Part shown: piece after piece, positions 31,721 to 49,068 of the stretch | Position numbering within the stretch: position 1 is the stretch's first letter | Layout: each line of letters opens with the position of its first letter | NCBI RefSeq assembly: GCF_009914755.1 | Contig: NC_060944.1 | Length of the DNA: 64,000 bases | Reading direction: 5' to 3' (one strand) | DNA from: the human T2T-CHM13v2.0 reference genome, Homo sapiens | Notes under the pieces: generated by a model | Database searches by the model: none | What the model saw: the letters and a program-made list of their open reading frames with translations, nothing else | Told to the model about the DNA's origin: nothing | Position numbers and translations under genes: made by a program

Positions 31721-33949
31721 AACGTGTTACCGGAAGTGGGATGCTACAAGTAACAACACTAAAAGTAGAATTGACTAAGTGCAGCAGGCAGGCCTTTGAG
31801 CAAGGAGGGGACACACATTACAGGCTGGAAAGCTGGTGACTCTTGTAATGCAGTGGCAAAATTTTGCTTCAACTACTATATACAATACTTGAAGATGCAC
31901 ACTGCAAGCTGAGTGAGGCTGTGATAAGAGGGGAAATAGTGGGGAGCATTCAGAATGTTGGTTTACATTGATGACTTCTTGCTCTTTCAGCAGTCTTGAT
32001 AGAGCAGCTATACCCACACCAGAGTCCTCCAGCTGACAAGAGAGGTAAGGAGAGAAACTGCTTTGCCAGGAGGGGCCCTCTGCTGCAGCTGGAGGTCCAA
32101 GTTGACCGAGAGCCCAAAATTTGGGCTGAGAAAACAAACTACCACTTTATTCAAACCAAAGCTGGCATAAGTAGCTATTGAAGGGAAATGAATACAACCC
32201 TTATTATAATAGCACTATTATGAGAGTAAATGAAAGAGCCCGTGTATGTGTCCCATGCCTTCAAAATGCTATTGTGATTTATATTAATAAATTATTATAA
32301 TTATTATGGGTGTCTGCTGCTGTCTATATTTCTACCTGACTACTGGGTTTAGAATATGGATACAACTGCTAGCATGGTTGTTTTGAGGGCAACTCAGGTT
32401 TATACTTTTTGTAGCCCAGCAAATAGTTCAGTATGCTTTAAATAAAGTCCGGGAAGTAAGGGGAAAGTGAGAGATAGGAACGTTGTTCCCCACTTTGTCA
32501 CACCTTCTAAACTGGAATTACACATTCATACCTTTCACCATGGGATCTGCAGTTCCCCCCATTGGAGTGGAGTGGACTTCCCTGCACCTTGATTTTGGTC
32601 TTGGCCATGTCTTTTGCTTTGGCCAATGAGCAGGTGTGATACAAGCAGAGGCTTGAAATAGATTTGCTTGTGGTTTTGGTTTGCTCTTCTATACTCAGCC
32701 TTTCACCACGGGAAGATTGCTCTGCCTTGAGGAGATGGTTGATTCTAGAAGTGGGATGGAAAAGCACAAGATGAGTCTGGAACACCTTGTGATGCCAGAC
32801 AATGAAGACGTCATCGAAAACCCATGGGGGCATGTCAGAAGGACACAGGAGTCACCTGAAAGGAGATCCTATGGGCCAGTCTGGGACAATGGGAGCAGCA
32901 AAATATATAATGGTAGTAATGGATTATACCCCATAGAATAAAATATTCACCAGCCCCCCTAACATAAACAAAAATGGGATCCCAGCTAGGTTTTATTTAA
33001 ACATTTTTTCCACGTTTAGAAATGCTAAGTGACTGGCTTGAGGCCACCCCGCTAACAGATGCCAGATTTGGGATTCGAACCCTGCCCTAGTGGCTCCCGT
33101 GCTGGAGCTTCTCGCACTACACTGCTCTCAGTCTCCATCCTCCGGGCATCTCTGTATGAGAGCAGGAACAAGAAGACAGAATGTTGCCTTGCTCCACCTC
33201 CACTGGGCACATCCACGTTAGAGGTGACTCAATGTTTTTGCTACCAACTACAAAAGCACCGTGAGTACTGATTTTGGAGTTACAAATACATTTTACCTAG
33301 TAGGTAAATTCACAAATATGAAATTTTGAGTTACGAGGGTGGACTGTATGGAGATATAGATTTAACACCCAGAAGATAGAGTAAAAAGAATTAGAAATAG
33401 TTGCCTCTGGGGAATGGGAGGCTGGATGGGAAGGAGAGGGGTGTGGCACTGTTCAGATTGAATAATTTTTCAAAAATATTTGATATCCACTCCTTCTCCC
33501 AGCACTCCTCCCCTCCCCCCAGTGGGCTGGTGAGAAATGTAATTTGTCATTACTGGATCTTGCTTGCCCAATCTCCAGTATCTCAGGAAGATCCCAACTT
33601 TACTTTAGAAAAGTAAGAGCTTCCTGGAAGGGCTCTGTGGATTCCAGTTCCCACTGGTCTCTGGAAGTCTTCATTTTCTAAGCACTTACGTGAAGGAAGT
33701 GTCTGTTTTTCCTTCTGAGTCCAGTTTGGGCCTGAGTCTTGCCCTGTGGCTCCCAAGGCCACCTCCTTGGCATCATTGTTCTGGGAAGCGGATGGTTCCT
33801 GGAGTGGGGCAACCCCAACTACATAGTAGGAATTGCAGATGGCACAGTTCTTGATCTGTAGTGGGTGGGTGTAGGGGTGGAGGTGGGGGTGGCGCTAGGT
33901 TGATGAGCTCAAACTTGCAGTTTTCTGTCTCGCCCAGGCAGCCTTCAGC

Positions 33950-34170
33950 AATTACCGCTTGTAAGCACTCTCTATGTCCCAGGTACAGTGCCTAGTTCTT
34001 TGCATACATTATCTCATTTAATCCTCATAAACTAGGAGTATTTCCTCACCTTACAGGTGAGGAAACTGAAGCTTAGGGAGTTTAAGCAAATTGCCCAAGA
34101 TCACCTAGTTACTAAATGGCAAAGTTAGGATTTGAATTTATCCCCATTTAACTTCCAAACCATTGCCCTC
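33950..34170 (-). mobile_element. MIR
   Basis: ttatctcatttaatcctca...acaggtgaggaaactgaagcttagggag. Confidence 0.8.
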
Positions 34171-34703
34171 AATGGCTTACAAGACTTTACACACACATAG
34201 ACTCTTTTGCCTATTTCCAATTCTATTTAGTTTTGATAGGTTGAGTTTCTGGCAGCTTCTGAAACTGTGTTGCCATTGTGAGGGCATCCCCTTCCCTCAG
34301 CATCACTAAGGATGGTGTGCCCTTTGTTGTCTTCCTCCTTGTTTGGACAGTTCGTTCTTCCATCTGGACTGCTCTCCCCCTTCCTTTCCTCTTGCAGAAT
34401 TCCTACCCATCCTTTAGGAACTAGCACTGCAGGCAGGCTGTGGCAACAACAGCTGAAGGAAGGAGAAATTTTAACTTTGAGTAAAGATTGATATTTTAAT
34501 GATTACATTGAACTGGACTAACCATTACCAAACTGATTTTTTTTCTTTTTTCTTTCTGTTTTTTTAATGACCAGCAGTGTCTGGAGCACTTTTCATGATC
34601 TAAGAGAGCCCAGATGTCTCATGAAAGCTATCCTGGTTTTCATCCAAGGAGAGGAAAATAAATACCCCTTCTCCTGTCTCAAAAGGCAGAAGGGTAAACA
34701 AAA

Positions 34704-34743
<40 letters not shown>

Positions 34744-35545
34744 ACTACAGGAGTGTTCCTTGGCCAGTGTACTGGTGATAAATATATTTCCATAATACCT
34801 AATGCAATGTGAGCTTTGTCTTGTTTGGATACAAATGATTTATCTTACTTCCACTGAGCCTATTTTTTTGAATTATCTCCATTTCACCCCCCCAGTATAA
34901 GGCTGTGCTAAATCTTTGTGCATGTGCTTAATTAATTCCTTAAGACAAATTCGTATGAGTGGAATTACTTGGTTAAAGGTTATGTGTATTTAAGAAGTTT
35001 TGGTTAATTGCCACATTTCTTGCCAGAAAGATTGTACCTATTAATATTCTCTCCAGCCATGGGTCAGAGCTCCTCTAAGATTAGTATTTATTGTTAGCAG
35101 ACACTGCCTTGTATTAAATATTTGGACTGTGCCAAGTGCTCTACCAGGCCCTTGGGATACTGCTTTTGACATGTAAGTGAAATTGGGCAGGAAGATACAG
35201 CAAACAACTGAAAATAAAGTATCGATAATGTATGTGTTTATTGCTTTACAGCTTACAAAACATTTTCAGGTACTGTAGTTCAAGGCTTTTCAAACTATAA
35301 TGTGCATATGAAGCCCTGGGGGAGCTTTGTAGGTTTATGTGGCTGACTCTGTCTTAAGAGGGTGAAAAAACAAAATGAAAGAAGCTTATGATAAGGATAT
35401 GGAGATATAGCTCACAGAATCAAGGAAAATCTCCCAAGTAGACTTTGAAAAGCACAGGAACTAAGGCAAGTTGAAAATCAAGGGAATCCCCTCCAGGGGG
35501 CTCTTTTTGGATGAAGGGGCTCTGCATGGTTTCAGGATTCATGTC

Positions 35546-36628
<1,083 letters not shown>

Positions 36629-37149
36629 CCTCTGCTCCAGGTTCAAATTCCAAGGAGCAGACATCTGAGGGGCTCAGCCTGTGTTATGTTCTCATGCACA
36701 GGATCATATTTGCAGGAGTGAGTGGTTCTCCAAAGGGTAAAGAGAGGCTGTGGCCAGGATTAGGGAGACTAGGTGATGGCAGCAAGAACAGGAGATGCCC
36801 CAGCACCAACCCACCAACCCACGTGTGCTGCTGGAGCCTCACGACCTGGGATGATGATTGGGAAATACGCAGGCTCTTTCTGCTCCATGGGGTACTTTTT
36901 GGTCCAAGTCCCACATGGCTGGAAGTGCCAGTGGGTGAGTGGTTGTTCTGTGCCTTTGAAGCCATTTCTGGCTCCTTCTCAACTGCCCTAACATAGGCCT
37001 GCTCTATAATGAGGAGCTTTCCCTCCCCCACTCCTCATCCTGACTCCTGGATCCCTCTCATCCTGCACCTGTATCACCAACTAAGGTGTCTGAATGAAGA
37101 AGATAGTGTGGTGTGTCACCTGCAGGGATACATGGGTGAGTGTGGTAGA

Positions 37150-37970
37150 CCATGTTCCCATGGCACCCCCATTCCCTCATGCCTACAGCTGTCAATGGCA
37201 AATATTTGCAGCTCTCTGTCTGAAGGGGTCTCTAGCTAGGAAGTTTCTTGGCTTAAAGGCAGAGCAGGACAAAATACTGGAGAAATTAACACCCCCAGGA
37301 GCAGCCCTTAGCCAATGAGATACAGCAGTTGGTGAATCAATACCCTAGCATCCTTGTCCACAGGGTGAACAACTCTGAGATTAATTCTTCACAGTTCCCC
37401 AGAGTTTCCTGGAGACTGGAGCCCAGCTGTCCACCGCAATAATCTGCTCATGAACACACCTGTGACTGGCTTCTTGCTTTCCCTATCTCATTTCCCCACC
37501 TCCTTCAGGTGCTCCCTGTGATATGGTTAGGCTTTGAGTCCCTACCCAAATCTCGTCTTGAATTGTAATCCCCATAATCCCCATGTGTTGTGGGAGAGAC
37601 CAGGTGGGAGGTAATTGAATCATGAGGGTGTTTTCCTTGATGCTCTTCTCATGATAGTGAGTGAGTTCTCACGAGATCTGGTGGTTTTATAAGGAGCTTT
37701 TCCCCTTCGCTCAGCACCTTTCCTGCTGCCTCGTGAGAAAGGTGCCTTGCTTCCCCTTCACCTTCTGCCATGACTGTAAGTTTCCTGAGGCCTCCCCAGC
37801 TATGTTGAACCGTGAGTCAAATAAACCTCTTTCCTTTATAAATTACCCAGTCTTGGGCAGTTCTTTATAGCAGTATGAAAATGAACTAATACACCCTGGG
37901 ATGGATCACCTCCCAAATACGCTTTAAATTCTTGTCTCAGGGTCTGTGTATGGGTGGTCTACCACACAGT
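37150..37970 (+). mobile_element. LTR16-like LTR interrupted by THE1
   Basis: agccaatgaga...gatcacctcccaaatac...tctcagggtctg. Confidence 0.6.
37519..37893 (+). mobile_element. THE1(C/D-like) solo LTR
   Basis: tgatatggtt...aactaataca with 5-bp TSD CCCTG. Confidence 0.9.
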
Positions 37971-38139
37971 AACCCTGCAGTGGTACTGATGTGCTTTGCC
38001 ACAACTGCTGAAAAGCATAGAAAAAGTACTCGTCTGTATGAATGTGCCCAGTAATGGCTTCAGAACACCCTGCCCCCTCCACACCCCTCACACTGACTTT
38101 TCTAAGAGATAGGCCAACATAGCAATGGTGCTGGATATG

Positions 38140-38880
38140 AGGTAGCATGGACCCTTTGTTTTGACAGCCCCCAGCTAAATTGGGGTTCCAGTACCAGAGC
38201 AGCTAGCAGCCCTGCCAGGAAATGGAGGGGAGCTGAGCATGGGTGTCTACACGTGTTTTGCATCGGATACTTATTTCACGTGGTGGATAGCCTAATGCTT
38301 AGTTGTCTCGACTGTTACCAGGGTGTCCCTCACGTGGGAAAGTTGTTTATATTGGCAGATGTCCTTGCAGCTCTTGCTGACCTGTGTCCAGTTTCTGCCT
38401 GACTGATGATTGCTCTGGCCTGGGAGCCTGCCCTCATGTTCTCCCTGGCACCCCAGGCAAAACCTGGCCTGGAGTAGCTCCTGGTTCAGACGGAAGGTGC
38501 AAATTCAGTACGCCATCGTGATAGGAAATAAATCCAAAGATTTATTACTTACTGGCCCTGAAGGCCCTCCAGCCTCGGGTCATGAAAAGCAGAAATGAAG
38601 AGGAAGAGTCAGGCAGAAAGAGATAGAGAAAGAGAGAGTGAGCGAGCACGTACAGCAATGAACAATATATATTAGGGAATAGGATGTGGCTCACTTGAAA
38701 TTCACAGGCAAATGTCTGAATGGTCCATTTAATGGAAGTGGCAGGAAAGCGGGGAGTCTATTCTGCTAGGTTGGAAAGACACGGTGAAGTTCTTATCCCC
38801 AGCTACTGGCTTGGGCCATCTGGGTGTGGTTTTCTACTTCTAATGCCCAGGCAGCAACCTTTGCTGTGTCATTCCGTTAC
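38140..38880 (-). mobile_element. ERVL LTR (MER74/MER54-like)
   Basis: gtgtccctc...tgacctgtgtccagttt motif shared with 51497-52353. Confidence 0.5.
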
Positions 38881-39039
38881 ACCCCTCCTGAAAACATCCC
38901 ACCCTGGAACCCTTGGTGATGTTGCTGTCACAGGAGAGAGAAATGGGGCCCCTGGTTACAGCATAAGGATAGCAACAAAGGCCTGAGCTTTACTCTATGT
39001 CTGGAAAACGTTATGCAGATCATGGTAACGGGGTTAAAG

Positions 39040-39480
39040 AACTGCCTTAGGTCAGGCTCCCTAGAGGCAGAGCTTTGAGACGGCGATCCAGGGGCATGCG
39101 GTTTATTGATGGCTCTCAAGGGAGAGTGGGCAAGGAGAGCAGGACAGGCAGGGGAAGGAACCAAGCCAGGGCGTGACTCCTGTAAAGTCTAGCTTGGGCT
39201 TGTAGAGCAATCTCTCCTTGAGATGAATGGGCTGGCCTTCTGTACCCCTGCATCAGTCAGTCAGTGGTTGTGGCCACCTCAAGGAGAGAGGAAAGTTATA
39301 GCCTTTCGGGGGAGGCGGTGCCCATCTGTCAAGGGGTCTTGTTGGATAAAGGATGCAGCTCTGAAAAGATGCAGACACAGAAGCATATAAAGCGGAAGGG
39401 AAGGGCGCGTCAGCCTGGTGAAGGGGGCGTCAGCCTGGTGAAGGGGTCCTGGGCAGGCTGCAGTCGGTGTTTATGATAGT
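39040..39480 (-). mobile_element. LTR16-like LTR
   Basis: tgccttaggtcaggctccctagaggcagag...gtttattga. Confidence 0.55.
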
Positions 39481-39529
39481 GGGTGTGTGTGTGTGTGATC
39501 TGGCAATTGGTGGATTCTTTTTATTTAAA

Positions 39530-40190
39530 AAGTTTTAATTTTTAAGTTGACATACACTAATTGTACACAATTATGAGGTACATAGTGATGTTTTGATACA
39601 TATAATGAATAGTGATCAGATCAGGGTAATTAGCATATCCATAATCATAAACACATCATATCTTTGTGTTGGGAACACTCAATATCCGTCTTATAGCTAC
39701 TTGAAATTATAGAATATATTCTTGTCTTTATAGTTACTTTTTTTTGTTTTTAAACATGTCGCTGAAGACCATTCTAAGTGCTATATGACACTAACACTTA
39801 TTCCATCTATTAGGTGGTGCAAAAGTAATTGCTCATTTTGCCATTACTTTTAATAACAAAAACCACAATTACTTTGGCACCAACCGAATAACTAGCTGTA
39901 ATTTTGTATTCTCCAACAAATCTCTCCCTATCCTTTCCTTCCCCTTCCCAGCTTCTAGTATCCTCTGTTCTGTGCCTGGCTTATTTCCACTTAACATTAT
40001 ATCCTCCAGTTCTATCCATGTTGCTATGAATGAGAGGATTTCATTTTTTTTTTTTTTTTGTGGCTGAATAGTACTCCATTGTGTATACATACCACGTTTT
40101 TAAAAACCCATTCATCTGTTGTTAGATACCCAGGTTGATTCCATGTCTTAGGTATTGTGGACAGCACTGCAATTAATCATGAGGGTGCAG
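39530..40190 (-). mobile_element. L1MA 3' fragment
   Basis: gtacatagtgatgttttgatacatata...gatcagatcagggtaattagcatatcc. Confidence 0.8.
39810..39888. mobile_element. MADE1 (Hsmar1 MITE)
   Basis: TA-flanked ttaggtggtgcaaaagtaattg...caattactttggcaccaaccgaa inverted repeats. Confidence 0.9.
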
Positions 40191-41279
40191 CTGGTTGGTG
40201 GTTTCTATGATAATCTACTATTGAGGACACAACTGCCTTAATTATTCCCTTCTCTCCTCCTTAATCTTATTCATAGTTAAGAAAAATGGATTAAAGAAGA
40301 AACACAGAGAAAGAAGTCTCATGATTCAGCTAATTCTTCATTCATTTATTCATTTGCTCTCATTCACCCATTCATCCAGAAAACATTTATTCCATACCTC
40401 CTGTGTGCCAGGGACTATGCCATAAACACGTCCAAACCATGGTGGTGCTTCTGTGATTTCTTTCACTGGAAAAAATTAAAATTTATTTACAAAATGAACA
40501 TTATCACAAGGATCCAGATCACTATACTGAGTCTTTCCATTTGTAGAATCACCCCCTCGACACACATCAACCCAACCATCCATCTAACTCACCTACCCAT
40601 TCACCCACCCATTGCCCTATTTACCCTTCTACTCTCCCATTCACAATTCACCCATCTCTGCGTTTATCCACTTATCTGTTGTATTACCTGTTCATCTACC
40701 TAACTATCCACAAATGAACACCTCTGGCCTGCCTAGCAATATTCCTAGGCTCATTCGCTGATTTGTTCAATCAATCAATATTTGCTGAGTGTCTTCTAAG
40801 TGCCAAACACTTTTTAGGTGCTGGAGATAAAAGTGATGGATAAAAGTGGGGATAAAATGACAGACTGCCCTCATGAACTTTGCCATACATGTGTGAAAGC
40901 AGACATTAAACCAATACTTAGGAAGATAAAATGTGAGGCTTCTTCTCCCTCTCTCCTAATGTCCTTTTTCCTGAAATCCCTCTCTGTTTGTTGTGCTTGA
41001 AAGCATTGATTTTGGAAAATGTACAAAGCACTTAGCATAGAAAGATAACTGGGTTGGAGAAAAAGAACATCACTTCCGGAGATGAGTGGGATTTATGTCC
41101 ACTAGATTCTAAAATCCTGGAGGGCACGAAGAGTGTATGTTTCAATTCCTCACTTTATCCTCAGAGCCCGTTACCCAGTAGGCACAAAACAAATTTTTGC
41201 TAAATGATAAAGAGGGCAGAATCACTCTGTCATTTTCTGAGTTTTGACTCATTGAAATGTTTAAGGAAAATCATTTTTA

Positions 41280-41626
<347 letters not shown>

Positions 41627-42016
41627 GAAATTGAGACCTTAAGTACTATTTTTGCAGATTCTTGGAGCTGTTCTAGCAGAGGCAGAAAATCATCCCAGGA
41701 AACAGAGAGGTTTTGTAGACTGAAGGATCCAGAATTGATAATTTAGAGTTGATTGAATTTTAAGGACTCCCAAAGAAATACGTACAAATACCAGGAAAAG
41801 ATATAAGAAATACTAGTATATAGGAAACAAATACTAGGAAAAGAATATTCTCAACACCTCTAAGCTTGGCAGGATGGAGACAGTCAAACAATTCGGAGGA
41901 TATTTTCTAACTATCTACAAATGAGCACCTACAACCTGCCTGACAACGTTTTAAAGCAAATATTAAATAAGTATTTGCTTTTAAAATGTATTTTCTTGTA
42001 TTATAAGATGCATGTT

Positions 42017-42395
<379 letters not shown>

Positions 42396-43067
42396 TCAGG
42401 GGACCACCTGTATTCTTCTACTCACTTTTTGGGAGAGCTCCCAAAGGAACCCTAAGCTGTTTCTATGGCCCTCTGACCGTCCTTTACTGAGAAGACACCA
42501 AAGGGAAACAAAAGGCAGTTTTATGACATGTCTGGAAGGTGGGGCGTTCAGTCCAGCAGCTTAGGACTCAACCGAGAGACACTGGGGCAGGTGGGCATAT
42601 GTGGAGGTTATGAACAAATACAGACTCTAGCTTCAAGAAGATTCCCTCAGTCTTCCCAGGTAAGGTGATTGCTGGGACCCAGACAGCCCTCAGGTAGCAC
42701 TGGGGAGGGTGGAGGTCAAAGAAACCTCACACCCCACACTTCCCAGTTGTTGAGTCTTTGGAAGCCTCTTAATTAAAGTCCCTGACATGCAGAAACAAGT
42801 TATCCATTGCTCCCTACCCAGAAATGATAACCTTGCTAATATTTTGATATAAGTTCTTTCAGTTATTTTTTCCTGTCTACATGTAGACAAACATACATAG
42901 AAAAGTATTTTTGGCAATAATGGAGTGTCATGTTTTTATTGTTTTGTAAACTGCTCTATTTAAAGGATTAATGTACACATATTTCTATCCTATTAAATAT
43001 TACCAGTCAGTGGGTATCTGTTTACTCTCTAGTGTTATCATGGTACTTGCTAAGGAATTTTAAAGAT

Positions 43068-43506
43068 TTTTTTTTTTTAAATTTTACTTTAAGTTCTGGG
43101 ATACACGTACAGAATGTGCAGGTTTGTTACATAGGTATACATGTGCCATGGTGGTTTGCTGCACCCACCAATCCATCATCGAGGCTTTGAGCCCCACATG
43201 CATTAGGTATTTGTCTTAATGCTCTCCCTCCCTTTGTCCCCCAGCCCCCAGCAGGCCCCGGTGTGTGATGTCCCCCTCCCTGTGTCCATGTGTTCTCATT
43301 CTTCAACTTCCATTTATGAGTGAGAACATGGGGTGTTTGGTTTTCTGTTCCTTGTTAGTTTGCTGAGAATGATAGCTTCCAGCTTCATCCATGTCCCTGC
43401 AAAGGACATGAACTCTTTTTTATGGCTGCATAGTATTCCATGGTGTACATGTGCCATATTTTCTTTATCCAGCCTGTCATTCACAGGCATTTGGGTTGGC
43501 TCCAAG
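43068..43506 (-). mobile_element. L1PA 3' fragment
   Basis: tttaagttctgggatacacgtacagaatgtgcaggtttgttacatagg; TSD taaagat. Confidence 0.9.
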
Positions 43507-44029
43507 TTAAAGATGTGTTTATCAGAGTTCCTAGTGTTAAGGAGATTATAATTTAGCTAACAAGAGGACATACACATTTAAATTGGTATAGCAATAAAAT
43601 AATAAAATAACACAAGACAGCATAATAAGAGTCTACATATTACAGCTTGGGGAAGATTGTTGTTAGGAATATAGACTCAGATGACTTGAAATTATCTCAG
43701 TGATATTGTTCACTATATGAGTTTGTCACACCATCATTTTTAGTCTGCTCATCGACAAAATAGGAATGAGGATAAAAATAATGCTGATATTGAGGGCTTA
43801 TTTTGGGGATAAAATAATAACAATACTGATAGTTATAGTAATAGTGGCATTTGCATAGACCTTACCATGAGCTGGGAACTGTTCAAAGATTGTAACACAT
43901 ATTAACTAACCAAACACAGTGGCAGCCCCATGAATCAGGAGTCACAATTATCCCCATTTTACAAATGAGGCAGTGCAGGCACAGAGAAGCCAAGTAACCA
44001 GCTCAACGTTGTATAGCTAAGAAGTGTCA

Positions 44030-44250
44030 GGCTGGCTATAGCCAATAATAATTTAATTGTACATTTAAAAATAACTAAAAGGGTATAATTGAATTGTTTG
44101 TAATACAAAAGATAAATGCTTGAGGGGACAGATACTCCATTATCTATGATGTAATTATTATACATTGCATGCCTTTATCAAAACATCTCATGTACCCCAT
44201 AAATATATGGACCTACTATGTAGCTGCAAACATTAAAAAAATTAAAAAGA
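44030..44250 (+). mobile_element. L1MA 3' end inserted in a MIR (43830-44300)
   Basis: taataatttaattgtacatttaaaaataactaaaa; TSD aagaagtg. Confidence 0.8.
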
Positions 44251-44539
44251 AGTGGCGAAGATGAAATTTAAACCCAGGCAGCTTAGCTCTTGTCTGGACT
44301 ATATATTTGAAAAAGGTTTTGAAACTGGAAAATGCTATGTAAGTGGGGTTATGATTTGTTATTGGTGTAAATGAAAAGTTCCAAACAAGGGGACTAAGCA
44401 GCAAGAGGGATGGGCTTCAGTGCAGGGGGCTCACTGCTGATGTGAGGGCTTGGGCAGGCTTCTGGGAATGGTGGACCTTAGAATGGGGGCAGGGAGCTTC
44501 TCCACTTGGAAATCAGCTTCCATCCTCATCTTTCATTAG

Positions 44540-44995
44540 ATCAAGAGTGAAATCAGAAAGAATGTTCATTGCAAATGAAGAGACCCATTTCAAACTAGCT
44601 CAGGAAGAAAAGGAATTTATTGGCCATAGCTGGGAAGTCTGGAGGCATGGCTGGATCCAGAGATTCACCCAAGACCTGCCTCTTTCCTGCCATCTTTGGC
44701 TCTCTTCTCCTCTGTGGTGGCATCATTCTCGGGCTGGCCCCACCTGGTGGAAAGGATGACCTACAGCAGCTCCAGCCCAATAAAACCACACAGTTGGAGA
44801 CAATGATTTGTTCTGCAATGTCCTGGGAAGGCTTCTCACAGCCTGGCTGGAGGCACGTGCCCACTCTTGGGGAGGTGGAACCAGCCTCAAACAAACCACA
44901 CAGGCTGAGTGGGCTTTCTGTAGAATAGGAGAGGAGTGAGTTCTCCAAAAAAAAAAAAAATGGGATGCTGGGCAGACAAAAATCATGTCTACTGC
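44540..44995 (-). mobile_element. MLT1(J/K-like) LTR
   Basis: ttgcaaatga...aaggaatttattggc...aggcatggctggatccag. Confidence 0.6.
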
Positions 44996-45145
44996 AGCCT
45001 TGCCACTGGCCCCTGAGCAGCATCAACCTGGGAGCTGTTAGAAATGAAGGTTTTGGTGCCCCATCCCCAGACCCACTGAGCCAGAATCTGCATTCTAAGA
45101 AGGTCCCAGGGGATTGCTGTGCATAATGAAGTCTAAGACATGTTG
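44996..45145. mobile_element. MER5A
   Basis: gcagcatcaacctgggagctgttagaaatg...ccagacccactgagccagaatctgcatt. Confidence 0.75.
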
Positions 45146-46166
45146 GCTGACAGAGGGCTTTTAGAAAGACATGCGTGGTTTGTCTGTCTCTCTCATTCTT
45201 ATTCCACACACACTACGTACATGCTTAAACCGTTGGCTGCCATCATAAAAATGGTCCCAACCAGGAAATGTGCAAAAAGGCAGGACAGGTAAGAGCAGTA
45301 CTACCCTTAGATTTTGGCAAGAACCCACAATGTAGAGGCCCCTTGCAATGGACTTCTTCTGGCCACATCCGTGCCACTGACTAGGGAGACCATCAGGCAG
45401 AGGACAGTGTTCACCTGGAGTCCGCCTCTGCTCTTCTAAACCTCACTTTGGGTACCTGTACCTGGGACTCAGGAATTCCCTGGGCAAATGACCCTGAACA
45501 TGTTTCCAGGAACTGCACGGGATCTTCTCCAGCCATTTTACTCTGACCACCCAGATTTCAACCTGTCCTTAGGAGTAGGACATAAATGTGTGTACTTTTG
45601 GCCTGAAAGGTGGCCGAGGGGGCCTCACTTTCCTTCAAACACAATCCGTGCTCCTTTCACCTCTCCCCCTTTCTCTCACTGCTGTTGCATTACCTGTAAA
45701 GCACGCTGGATTTGGTGAAGGAAGGAAAAATGAATGATCCAAGAGAATGAGAACGTGGAAGCAGTTTGTGGAACTGAATGACCCTACCCTAGGTCTTCAA
45801 TATCATAGCCTACTTCAGTACACATGTTTTTCTTTGTTCTTACAGAAAAATATCGCTTGCCTAGGTTTGTTCATTTAATACCTGCATGACTTTTTACTTT
45901 GGCACGGAATCTCCAATTAGTCTGTGTTAGAGAAAACAGCCAGAATAATTTTCTTTACCTACTTTCTATCTGGGACTTGGCTGAGGTGCATGTGCATGAG
46001 GCCACTCATGATGTGGGATGCAGCCCGAGGAGAAAAGAAGACGGATGGGCTGCCGGCCAGGGCCTGACTCGATATTAATCTATAATAGGTGTAGCAAATA
46101 TTTCATGAACGTGGCTGGCTGTGCATGCCTCTTTGCAGTAAAACACTAGAGGTGCTTTATCAATGG

Positions 46167-46186
46167 TTCCCACTAGATGTCGCTGT
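46167..46186 (+). promoter_or_regulatory. Candidate CTCF site
   Basis: TTCCCACTAGATGTCGCTGT resembles CCACYAGRKGGCRC; lies in non-repetitive DNA. Confidence 0.6.
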
Positions 46187-46466
46187 CGTCACGTTTGTAA
46201 ATCCTATAACCCTCCTTATCTTCCACCTTGGTTTAATTTCATTAGATTTAGAACATAAATATGTCAATTTTTAAGTTGGAGAACAGATTTTCCTATATCA
46301 ATTCTTAGAATCCTTGCTTTATTTTTATGTTGTCACCGACTTCCCGTTACTTTTGTTGTTTCTCTTGCCCATTTTGAGCATACAAAGCTCTCTGTACACA
46401 ATAGGTGCTTAGTAACATTTGAATTGAGTTGAAAAAGGGGGGTTTCTATGGATTTGAGAAGGATAG

Positions 46467-46790
<324 letters not shown>

Positions 46791-47019
46791 CTGTTATTTT
46801 TAAAAAATGAAGTAAGTGCCTTGATTACAGGGTTTTAAGTAAGATCTTAAGCCAAACTCAGTGTGAATTCACATGGGGAAAAATCACTAGCCTCTAACAG
46901 AAAATTAGTATTTCCTTTGATTGTAAATGCAGGCAACAAACACAGTAACAGTAGTACCTGGGACTATGCTGCCAATAGAAATTTCAGACTTTTATATTAT
47001 ATTATTGTAAACAATCTTT

Positions 47020-48775
<1,756 letters not shown>

Positions 48776-49068
48776 TATTGCAGACAATCTTGAACATTTT
48801 ATTGCAGACAATCTTGAATCTGTACATTCATCTCCACTTTGAAATTAAGGTAGTTACCAGTTCAATTATAGATCTTCTAGTATGTTAAAAAAGATGCACA
48901 TGTATTACTACATCACACATTTGTTTTTAAAGTATTTTAATAACTGCATTAAAGTATTTTAGTAACTGTATTCAGTGGAATTAGTTTCATTTGGAGTCAT
49001 ATGTCTGTGATTTTATGCACTTGAAAGTGTTATCCTGAAAAAGGGTCCACAGGCTTCACCAAACTGAC

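Noticed and set aside
33062-33095. gggattcgaaccc motif resembling a tRNA T-loop/B-box
   Set aside because: Part of a tRNA-derived MIR relic; no cloverleaf structure
42783-42802. p63-like site TGACATGCAG AAACAAGTTA
   Set aside because: Four mismatches to consensus; matches of this quality are expected by chance
44595-45209. 204-aa minus-strand ORF
   Set aside because: Spans MER5A and MLT1 relics; low-complexity composition and no homology recognised
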